From assembly GCA_934526185.1 (NCBI GenBank), contig CAKTAA010000002.1, positions 24,345-88,344 on the forward strand: a stretch of DNA of 64,000 bases. The letters are read 5' to 3'. The DNA is from an uncultured Eubacteriales bacterium. Its GTDB lineage: Bacteria > Bacillota > Clostridia > Oscillospirales > CAG-272. Every line of letters starts with the position of its first letter. The stretch's first letter is position 1. This document shows, piece after piece, positions 1 through 6,984 of this stretch. Below the pieces are notes generated by a model. The model did not search any database. It had not been told where the DNA came from and saw only the letters and a list, made by a program, of their open reading frames with translations. The position numbers and the translations under genes were made by a program.

Positions 1-1326
1 TGCAGCGTCACCGATATAGCTTGCAAACGACATTCCTCTTCCGTGTATATTGACAATTATTGTATCTTTGATTTCTGTAAAGTATTGAATCCGTACGCTT
101 TCTGTTGAGTTATCGTACATGTTCCATATTAACAATGGATATTTGTTTTCCGGACTGAAATTATCCGGCAAACATACGTAATATTCAATATATGCATCGT
201 CTAATCGGGAGAAATAATAAAGATTTTTAATACCGCCCGAGTTCAGCCATTTATCATACTGTCCTGCCTCAATCAAATCGAGCTTTTTATTAAATTCAAA
301 CCAGGTATAAAAAACCCTGTGCGCAGCTTCGTCATATGTATACGCGTTTTTTAATTGATAGGTAATGTACGATATAGAATCATTGGAAAGCTTGCCGCAT
401 GCCAGTATCTTTTCCGCCCGCTCCTTGACGGGCTGTATATATCCTTTCGGCTTGGTTATATTTAACGGGAAAACAAACACTTTTTCTTCATTTTCGGTTG
501 TCCTGTACCGAATCGTAAACCGTAGATGCTGAAGCGGATTTTCTTGTCTGTATTTTAAATCAGCCACATTAATATTTATATTTTCATACAGCCTTGCTTT
601 AAAGGACAGTATTTTTTCATTTTTAAACGGCTCAATAACATCAATATCAAACACCGTATCGTTTCGCAGATGCACCGCATCAACAGGCGCTAAGGTGAAG
701 CTGAAGAAATCCTTATCATAACAGATTGCACTATAGGATTCATTGGATTCCATGTCAAACGCAGCGGTTATTTTTCCTTTTTCATAATGGTAATTATTAT
801 ATATAATGGATGCATATTTTTTCTTGTGCTCGTACTCAAACGTAGTAATCACAATGGTAGTTTTGAAGAAGGAGAGCGCTTGGTGCTGTTCAATACAAAA
901 GATATTACGTCCCTTTGTCAATCTGATGGTGTAAATAGGACGGCGTTCATGGTATTCCAAGCAGCAGAACGTACACAATTTGGAATTTATCCAAACCCGC
1001 TGCCGTGCGATAGATTCAATTGTAAATGTTACATTTGTGTCTTCATCGCATTCAACCAAAAAGAATGAATATACTTTTGAAATCGGCTCAAACTCAAATT
1101 TGCTGTAGTCAATTACAGATACCCCGGACTCAGTTGAAAAATCCATTATATCTGAGTCAGCAATGTTGCCGCTTATAACCATATCACGGATTTTATCAAT
1201 CGATTTAGGAACGGGAGCGATTTTTTCGAGTTGGAAATCATCGTCCGGAGGTTCTACAACGATTCCCATATATGCCGGATTTATTACACCTTGATTTGCA
1301 TAGTAAGTAATTTTTTCAATGTTCAT
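1..1326 (-). CDS. Large hypothetical protein, N-terminal 442 codons only (gene runs off the left edge). The visible C-terminal portion resembles the lead-in to an alpha/beta-hydrolase (S9-type peptidase/esterase) domain.
   Basis: Absent from the supplied ORF track because it is open at the window edge. I translated the reverse complement codon by codon from ATG 1326 to position 1 and found no stop: MNIEKITYYANQGVINPAYMGIVVEPPDDD ... IIVNIHGRGMSFASYIGDAA. RBS AGGGAGA lies at 1333-1339, 6 nt upstream. The segment YIEYYVCLPDNFSPENKYPLLIWNM...VNIHGRG resembles the region preceding the nucleophile elbow of secreted esterases/peptidases. The functional call is a guess. Confidence 0.6.
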   Translation of the reverse strand, partial: MNIEKITYYANQGVINPAYMGIVVEPPDDDFQLEKIAPVPKSIDKIRDMVISGNIADSDIMDFSTESGVSVIDYSKFEFEPISKVYSFFLVECDEDTNVTFTIESIARQRVWINSKLCTFCCLEYHERRPIYTIRLTKGRNIFCIEQHQALSFFKTTIVITTFEYEHKKKYASIIYNNYHYEKGKITAAFDMESNESYSAICYDKDFFSFTLAPVDAVHLRNDTVFDIDVIEPFKNEKILSFKARLYENININVADLKYRQENPLQHLRFTIRYRTTENEEKVFVFPLNITKPKGYIQPVKERAEKILACGKLSNDSISYITYQLKNAYTYDEAAHRVFYTWFEFNKKLDLIEAGQYDKWLNSGGIKNLYYFSRLDDAYIEYYVCLPDNFSPENKYPLLIWNMYDNSTESVRIQYFTEIKDTIIVNIHGRGMSFASYIGDAA

Positions 1327-1474
1327 CTTTATTCTCCCTGTGTAAATAATACATTGCTGTATGCATTCCGGATTCTTTCTCTTGGTTTTTTGGCTTGTAA
1401 TAGAATAAGATATGCTCTCCGTTTTGCGCACTGTCAGAACCTGTTGCTGCCGTTATTGCCGCGGCAGCCGTTTA

Positions 1475-2536
1475 TTACATCAAATCTCGGTTCGTTTTAA
1501 CTTTTGCCTTAGCACCGTCGGACAGCGACTGATAAAATTTTCCCGAAAAATCTTTATCAAACAAACGTTCCTCGAATGGGACCTCCCATTTTTTTCGTTC
1601 GGATTCGCACAATCCATAGAAGGGCGTGAGATCTGTTGCTTTCATCTTATCAAATAAATCGAGATACTCCGACGTGGTCGGATCGGCAAAAATATAGTTT
1701 GTAAAATACAGACAGTAGTGAATATAATCTGTTACGCCAAGCGTTCGGCACATTCCGGAAAGAAGGGCGGCGGAGGGGCTGCATGAGCGGAGATAGTACA
1801 GGATATCGCACAGGTGGGAAAGCTGCAATCCGCGGTCAGCGATAAGGTAGATGGAATTAAAATCTTTGTAATGATGCAGGCAAAGCGAGATAAACTCCAT
1901 TTCCGGTGAAAGTTTTTGAAAGAGCACACCGCACAGCTCCGCTTTTTCGGTGTGAGATAGCACGAAATCCATGTCGGCTTTCATGCTGCTCTCACCCCAC
2001 ATAATATCAAGATTCACATCCGCCTCGACAAACGGACAAAGCTTTTCGTCGGTTTTCTTGATAAATGGAGCTGTCTGATGGCTCATTGCAGATTGAAAGA
2101 CGAGCTCCCGACGCGTAAATTCTTTGACTTTACCGCCGCAGATTCGCCCCTGAACGAATCCGTTTCCCTTGAGAATATTTTTAACTGTGTCTATATCCTT
2201 ACGGCTGATCAGTATATCAATATCACCGGAGCACCGCATGAACGCATCGCCGTACGCCGCTGCGGAAAGCACGGCTCCCTTTATCACGGCGTATGGAATC
2301 CGCATTTCCTTAAAAGCATAAAACACTTTTTCGCAGGCACGGAACCGCTCATTTACATTGACTCTGCTCATAAATTTTTCGATTGTGACCTTGTTTGTTA
2401 AATCCGTCGAAAGAGGTATTTTCGAGAGCAGGTAAGTACACATATGTCTGTGCAAAATCTCTGATATATCCGTCTTTGGCATCTGTCCTGCAGCGATTTT
2501 GCGCAGCGCGGAAACGATGCTGCTGTAATCACTCAC
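1475..2536 (-). CDS. Nucleotidyltransferase family protein (uncharacterised NTP_transf_5-like type)
   Basis: 353-aa ORF. GTG start overlaps the upstream stop by 8 nt. Motif FMRCSGDIDILISRKDID (G-x-D-x-D nucleotidyltransferase fold signature) is followed by a helical C-terminal region. Same strand as, and coupled to, the radical SAM cluster. Confidence 0.7.
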   Translation of the reverse strand: MSDYSSIVSALRKIAAGQMPKTDISEILHRHMCTYLLSKIPLSTDLTNKVTIEKFMSRVNVNERFRACEKVFYAFKEMRIPYAVIKGAVLSAAAYGDAFMRCSGDIDILISRKDIDTVKNILKGNGFVQGRICGGKVKEFTRRELVFQSAMSHQTAPFIKKTDEKLCPFVEADVNLDIMWGESSMKADMDFVLSHTEKAELCGVLFQKLSPEMEFISLCLHHYKDFNSIYLIADRGLQLSHLCDILYYLRSCSPSAALLSGMCRTLGVTDYIHYCLYFTNYIFADPTTSEYLDLFDKMKATDLTPFYGLCESERKKWEVPFEERLFDKDFSGKFYQSLSDGAKAKVKTNRDLM

Positions 2537-3713
2537 TGATTTTCACCCCATTAGCAGAATAAAAATTCTCAAACCGAGCGTTTTTTTCAGTGCGGCGGTA
2601 AACACCGGCAATATTCCCATATCGCTTTTTTACTTCATCAATAAGAATCTTTTCGAAATCCCTGCCGAATACGCGGCAGGAAACAAAGAAGCTCTCGATT
2701 ACTGCCGGGTCACCCAGGCAAACCACCGCCAAGGCGACGATTCCCATATCGCCGTACTTATCCGAAGCAGAAAGCGAAATTATGCTGTATGAGCTGTCTC
2801 GCATAAGACCGGAGATTTCGTCCGCAGTATATCTCTTGCCGGACAAATTGAACTGGTTTGTGCGCATTGACAGCTCCGACAGCCTCTCCGCTTGGCCGAG
2901 AGCCGCGGTACCGCATTTTACACAGCTCCCGAGCGATGCATTATATTCGGCCACACTGGCACAGCGAAGCTTTTCCTTTTCGCGTTCCTTCTGATCGCGG
3001 TATTGCTTTGTCCGATTGATTTCAGAAGATGTACCGGCAAAAAACGATGCAATTTTTTCAGGAAATTCCCGATCGTCATACGAAACTTTAACAGCTGTCA
3101 CCTCGGGCAGCATAGCGTTTACAAGTCCGATTTCGTAGTCGCTGTCATCTATGAAAACAATGCTGTCCGTTGAAAGATTCAGTTCGCCGGCAATTTCACG
3201 AATGCTGTTTGGCTTGTCACCGTATCCGATTTTGGATATCACAAAATGCTCTGTATTGAGAAGCATATCGGGATTTTTAAAAACCTCCGTTATGATTTCG
3301 GGCTGATTTTTTGAGCACAGGCAAAGAAGTACACCGGCATTGTACAGCTTTATAAGCTCCGCCTGCAATGATTTTTCATCCGTTCCGATATGTATTTCTT
3401 CCTCACCGGCGATACCGTGCCAGAGCACATTATCGCAATCGGTAATCAGCACTTTTTTGAGCGCGGCAGACTGCTCAAAATATTTATCCAGAGTGGCAAA
3501 CAGATGGTCAAGTGTCTCAAAATTTGAAAACACAAGATCGCTGTCAAGCACTTCAATGCCGAACTGCTCCTCGATTGAAACGATAAACTGAATAAATTCA
3601 ATAGATGTGAGTCCGATGCCCAAAAGCGCGGCGCTTCCGGAGAGGCGATTGAGCTCTTCCGTATCCGCACCGGTGACGCTGGCGAGAATGCTTAATATTT
3701 TATACCTGTCCAT
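2529..3713 (-). CDS. Fusion of an acyl/peptidyl carrier protein domain with a FkbH-like HAD-IIIC phosphatase/acyl-loading domain
   Basis: 394 aa. The N-terminal ~80 aa are carrier-protein-like (LLGIGLTSIEFIQFIVSIEEQFG, Ser in the phosphopantetheine position). The HAD motif I follows in its FkbH form (VLITDCDNVLWHGIAGEE), then FIDDSDYE and the C-terminal RTNQFNLSGKRYT signature typical of FkbH/HAD-IIIC proteins. The ATG lies inside the upstream stop region (14-nt overlap), preceded by AGGGAGGA. Confidence 0.75.
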   Translation of the reverse strand: MDRYKILSILASVTGADTEELNRLSGSAALLGIGLTSIEFIQFIVSIEEQFGIEVLDSDLVFSNFETLDHLFATLDKYFEQSAALKKVLITDCDNVLWHGIAGEEEIHIGTDEKSLQAELIKLYNAGVLLCLCSKNQPEIITEVFKNPDMLLNTEHFVISKIGYGDKPNSIREIAGELNLSTDSIVFIDDSDYEIGLVNAMLPEVTAVKVSYDDREFPEKIASFFAGTSSEINRTKQYRDQKEREKEKLRCASVAEYNASLGSCVKCGTAALGQAERLSELSMRTNQFNLSGKRYTADEISGLMRDSSYSIISLSASDKYGDMGIVALAVVCLGDPAVIESFFVSCRVFGRDFEKILIDEVKKRYGNIAGVYRRTEKNARFENFYSANGVKISE

Positions 3714-4734
3714 TCATTTCCTCCCTTATGCTTTTTGTCAAACCGCATCCGACAAACTGTAATTTTCTGAATTCGCAGCCGTCGTCGTCACCGAGCGGAT
3801 TTCCCGTAAGCTGATCCGCATTCGCCATGCATCCTTTGCCGCAGGTATCACGAAGAATACACTTTGAGCACGAAAAATCGGATCCAACGCGCTCCTTTGC
3901 AAGCGACACGATCTTTGCCATTTTATCGTCGAATTCATTTTTATCGAACGAGAGTATATTGCCGACCGTGAATTTCCCGTCGTAAAGACCTTGACACGGC
4001 TGGATTGAGCCGTCAACCTTTATACAGACAGACAAAGTGTGTTCGGCGGAGAAAAGCGGGCACTTCACTGTGCATCTCGGCAGAAACGCTTTACATTCGA
4101 GCTCGGTATTGAGACGTTCGATGAGCTTCAGTGCCGCAAACTTTTCACGGGCAGTCAAGGCTTTATTCTCCCAATCGTCTGATCCGTTTCCTGATCTGTA
4201 GACGTATGCGAACTCCGGCGTGAAGCCGAGTGAACGGGCAAGCAGGTAAAACCTCTCAATATCTTCATAATTGTTCTTCGATATAACCATTTTCAGAAGG
4301 GGATTACCTTCGGTATTCCGTATGATTTGCGCGAACTCCATAGCCTTTTCAAAATTGCCTTTTCCGCGTGTAAGCGCGTTTGTTTCTTCGCATGCACCGT
4401 CAAGACTGATCTGCAGGGTGAGGTTGCTGTGCGAATTTACCGCGTCGGCGAGAGACTTTGTGCCGGTAGTTGCGTTGGTGACAATGCCGAACGAAAGATC
4501 GCTGTGCGTATCGATAAGCGACAGTACCTTGTCAAATTCAGTATGCAGCGTCGGTTCACCGCCCGAAAAAAGAAAACGGCGCGTGCCGAGCGGCAAGAGT
4601 GTTGCTATGATCCCCTCGATTTGAGAAAACGAAAGTTCGCGCCTTAGAAGATTCGTCCCGGAGCGGTTGTAGCAGGTGGCACAGTTCAGGTTGCATTGAT
4701 TTGTAATTTCAATATAGGCAGTCGATATTTTCAT
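3700..4734 (-). CDS. Radical SAM enzyme with C-terminal SPASM domain (peptide-modifying maturase type)
   Basis: 344 aa. CNLNCATC (CxxxCxxC) at residues 14-21, and the FSGGEPTL (GGE) motif. The C-terminal SPASM pattern is DGSIQPC ... CSKCILRDTCGKGC (Cx2Cx5Cx3C) ... C. ATGA start/stop overlap with the PqqD gene. Confidence 0.9.
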   Translation of the reverse strand: MKISTAYIEITNQCNLNCATCYNRSGTNLLRRELSFSQIEGIIATLLPLGTRRFLFSGGEPTLHTEFDKVLSLIDTHSDLSFGIVTNATTGTKSLADAVNSHSNLTLQISLDGACEETNALTRGKGNFEKAMEFAQIIRNTEGNPLLKMVISKNNYEDIERFYLLARSLGFTPEFAYVYRSGNGSDDWENKALTAREKFAALKLIERLNTELECKAFLPRCTVKCPLFSAEHTLSVCIKVDGSIQPCQGLYDGKFTVGNILSFDKNEFDDKMAKIVSLAKERVGSDFSCSKCILRDTCGKGCMANADQLTGNPLGDDDGCEFRKLQFVGCGLTKSIREEMNGQV

Positions 4735-4994
4735 ACTATCAGCACGACTTTCTTCTCTACGGTGTCCGCAAGGAATTCTTCAACATCGGCGCGGATATCG
4801 TCCGGCTCGGCGTCATAGATTTTGCACAGCTTGCCAAGCAGAGCGTCAAGCCCGCACGCTTCGTCGAGACACGTGAGAATATCGATTCCCGTCTCGTCAA
4901 ACAGGTGCGTGTCACCGCTTTCGGGATCGAATACCGCAAGCGACGTTTCGTCGGTCTGAATGTAATCCATTTTGTCATTCTTTTTGTAATGCAT
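4731..4994 (-). CDS. PqqD-family protein (RiPP recognition element / peptide chaperone)
   Basis: The C-terminal 80 aa (DYIQTDETSLAVFDPESGDTHLFDETGIDILTCLDEACGLDALLGKLCKIYDAEPDDIRADVEEFLADTVEKKVV) have the PqqD winged-helix pattern. The track ORF extends to 5144, but that would overlap the peptidase gene. I place the start at ATG 4994 (MHYKKNDKMDY...); ATG 4970 is also possible. Confidence 0.75.
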   Translation of the reverse strand: MHYKKNDKMDYIQTDETSLAVFDPESGDTHLFDETGIDILTCLDEACGLDALLGKLCKIYDAEPDDIRADVEEFLADTVEKKVVLIV

Positions 4995-5097
4995 GATTTT
5001 ACCTGAAACACACGCGAATGATGCGCGGTTTTCTTTCAAGAAAGCTCGGCAAAGAACTATAATAGATTTTACGAATAGAGTTTTTTGCGGAGCTTTT

Positions 5098-5553
5098 TCA
5101 AAAAACAACCGTGTTCTTGTCGTATGCGTTTCTTTTCCTTTCATATTCTTTGTAAATTTCGGTTTTTTTTGTTTTTGACGAGTTAAAGGCGCACTTGTGA
5201 AATTCGCGGTTCACAAGAAGCGACAGCTTTATAAGCTCTGCCGGATAATCTGGCAGAGCTTGTCCGTTTGACAATGCAGCTTTCCCGATTGTCTCTGACG
5301 CAGGAAAATCCTCGAGCCGAAACGCATTGTCACCCTTGCAGAAATATCTGCCGCCGCTGATTTTCAGAAGCCGGTGTACCAAAAGCGTACCCTTGTACAG
5401 AAACACCAGAATATCCCCGACCGCATAGCTGCTTTCCCGCACGACTGTAATGATGTCACCTTCAAAAAGCACCGGATTCATGCTTGAACCGGTCACAGTG
5501 ATTTCTGCAGTCCTGCCGGACGAAAGACGAGCCGCGAGAATTCCTGTCATCAT
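5098..5553 (-). CDS. S24/S26-family serine peptidase (signal-peptidase-I/LexA-like fold)
   Basis: 151 aa. GSSMNPVLFEGDII (the Ser nucleophile box G-S-S-M-x-P), then VHRL and CKGDNA (GDN box) as in S26 signal peptidases. No N-terminal TM anchor is evident. Confidence 0.7.
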   Translation of the reverse strand: MMTGILAARLSSGRTAEITVTGSSMNPVLFEGDIITVVRESSYAVGDILVFLYKGTLLVHRLLKISGGRYFCKGDNAFRLEDFPASETIGKAALSNGQALPDYPAELIKLSLLVNREFHKCAFNSSKTKKTEIYKEYERKRNAYDKNTVVF

Positions 5554-5557
5554 TTTG

Positions 5558-6352
5558 CTATCCGTTTTGTATCACCTCCGCGGCATATGCCATATCGCAG
5601 TATTTCAGACGCACGCAGTTTTCTTTTGCGAGACGCGACATGAGCTTCAGATATTCACCCGTTATCGGATACAGCGTAATCGGCGAGTGAAGCAGTTCGG
5701 TAAGCTTCTCCGTCGTTGTCATCGGCAGAACTGCATTTTCCGATGCAGTTCGCTCGATGAAAAATATCCTGCCGAGCGGAATAACTCTCGATACACAGTT
5801 TTCCGGAGTGAAAACATAACGGCGTGCTTCTTCTTCACCTGTTATGAAAAGCTCTTGCGGGGCAGCGTTGTATTCTCGCAGCACTGAAAGTCCCCCGTCC
5901 CGCAGATGCACCGGAGCGGTACACGGATGAATATCAAAGGTCGAGCGGTCGATAAGAATGCAGTCCTCGGCAACAAATCCGAAGCCAAGACTTAAAAGAT
6001 AGGTACAAAGCGTCGTTTTTCCGGAACTAGAGGACGCAAGAAAAAGGTATGCCCGTCCGCCGTATTCCACTGCCGCACCATGGAGCGCAAGAACGGATTC
6101 GTCATAGCGGTTGTTATCGAACAGATATTGATCTAAAATTCTCATCGGCTGAGTTGTGCGTTTTTTTTCTCCGTCAAGAACAACAGCAAATCCATCTGCG
6201 TTCTGCGTGACTGTTATATCAATTTCCGCTTCCTTTTCCGATTCACTTATGTATTTACCGAACTTAATTCGGAGGAATACGGCAAGTTCAATGCTGTCTG
6301 TTTTGATAGAGTACGATGTTTGATATGGTAAAGCAAGACGCAGTATCGGCAT
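5558..6352 (-). CDS. HPr kinase/phosphorylase-related kinase (HprK C-terminal-domain homologue)
   Basis: 264 aa. LHGAAVEYGGRAYLFLASSSSGKTTLCTYLLSLGFGFVAEDC matches the HprK catalytic core (lHG..v...G.gvLi.G.SG.GKS.l...L...G..lvaDD) with its P-loop. It is the first gene after the promoter. RBS GGAGA is 5 nt upstream. Confidence 0.75.
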   Translation of the reverse strand: MPILRLALPYQTSYSIKTDSIELAVFLRIKFGKYISESEKEAEIDITVTQNADGFAVVLDGEKKRTTQPMRILDQYLFDNNRYDESVLALHGAAVEYGGRAYLFLASSSSGKTTLCTYLLSLGFGFVAEDCILIDRSTFDIHPCTAPVHLRDGGLSVLREYNAAPQELFITGEEEARRYVFTPENCVSRVIPLGRIFFIERTASENAVLPMTTTEKLTELLHSPITLYPITGEYLKLMSRLAKENCVRLKYCDMAYAAEVIQNG

Positions 6353-6385
6353 AGTATTCTCCGTTCAGAAAAAAATGGTAAACAC

Positions 6386-6414
6386 ATTATACAACATAAT
6401 TCACGAATATTCAA
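6386..6414 (-). promoter_or_regulatory. Sigma-A-type promoter of the radical SAM/kinase operon
   Basis: The minus strand reads TTGAAT - 17 nt - TATAAT (revcomp of 6409-6414 and 6386-6391), about 30 nt upstream of the kinase ATG. Confidence 0.6.
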
Positions 6415-6571
6415 CATATATTATTTAGTTGCTGCTGGAAATATTTTTGAGTAACACTTGATATTTTAAATTTACATGCTATTTTCATCATAAATAAGAA
6501 GAGCTAGAAGTTTAGAAAATGGCATCCGTCGAGATCTTCCTTGGGTGGTGATTATTCGCTTTTCGGCAAAA

Positions 6572-6674
6572 GTGGTGCGGCCGATGATAGTCTTTTACGG
6601 AAAGTCTCTATAGGGAAAATTTTGAAAAAAACCTATAGAAAAGTTTATGAATTAACCATCATCGACCGCACCAG
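6572..6674. repeat. Nested inverted repeat (outer 19-nt arms, inner 8-bp palindrome arms)
   Basis: Outer arms are GTGGTGCGGCCGATGATAG (6572-6590) and CCATCATCGACCGCACCAG (6656-6674): 8 + 7 bp with one C:A mismatch. Inner arms are TCTATAGG (6607-6614) and CCTATAGA (6632-6639) around an A/T-rich 17-nt loop. It lies between the divergent operon promoter and the XRE gene. Confidence 0.6.
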
Positions 6675-6731
6675 CTAAAACAAATCAAGGAAAACTGCTA
6701 TCGAATGATTGATTTTTAACGGAAGTGTGAA

Positions 6732-6971
6732 ATGATAAATTATCTACTCTGCGGAGGCGTGGCTGTAAGTTACAAACTTTTTCATTTAATGATCGAGCGG
6801 GATATTGCCAATGCTCAACAAATGTGGGATGCAGACATCCCTACAAATATTATTACAAAATTGAAAAACGGTCAGTATTATAGCCTTGGACAAGGTACAA
6901 GCATCTGCCCCGCCCTAAACTGCGGCGCTGACGATATACTGGAATTTGTGTCGAATGCTCCAAAAGACTGA
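6732..6971 (+). CDS. Small XRE-family helix-turn-helix transcriptional regulator
   Basis: 79 aa. YKLFHLMIERDI...IPTNIITKLKNGQYYSLGQGTSICPALNCGADDILEFV follows the short Cro/C1-type pattern (..L..LM.Er.i....L....gIs..tIskLkNG..vsl.tl.kIC.aLnC...DIlEFv) common on mobile elements and next to R-M genes. Confidence 0.6.
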   Translation: MINYLLCGGVAVSYKLFHLMIERDIANAQQMWDADIPTNIITKLKNGQYYSLGQGTSICPALNCGADDILEFVSNAPKD

Positions 6972-6984
6972 TGGAGGAAAAAGG

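Noticed and set aside
1341-1391. Mini-ORFs as possible precursor peptides: MHTAMYYLHRENKDEH in the 1327-1474 gap, and MPFSKLLALLIYDENSM at 6472-6525.
   Set aside because: Neither has a recognisable RBS. The first overlaps the RBS and start of the downstream gene, and the second lies upstream of the operon promoter. Neither has residues typical of rSAM substrates (Cys/Ser/Thr-rich cores).
4995-5144. A 50-codon N-terminal extension of the PqqD ORF (MKGKETHTTRTRLFFEKAPQ...).
   Set aside because: It overlaps the 3' end of the peptidase gene by 47 nt in another frame and has no similarity to PqqD proteins. The PqqD fold pattern starts after M51/M59. It is retained only as a caveat on the start codon.
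6572-6590. TGGTGCGG in the inverted-repeat arm as a duplicated tRNA-Leu 3' end (att site of an island integrated at 13065).
   Set aside because: The match to the tRNA 3' ends (TGGTGCGGG / TGGTGCGAG) is only ~8 nt. That is expected by chance once or twice in 128 kb of two-strand sequence, and no integrase was found.
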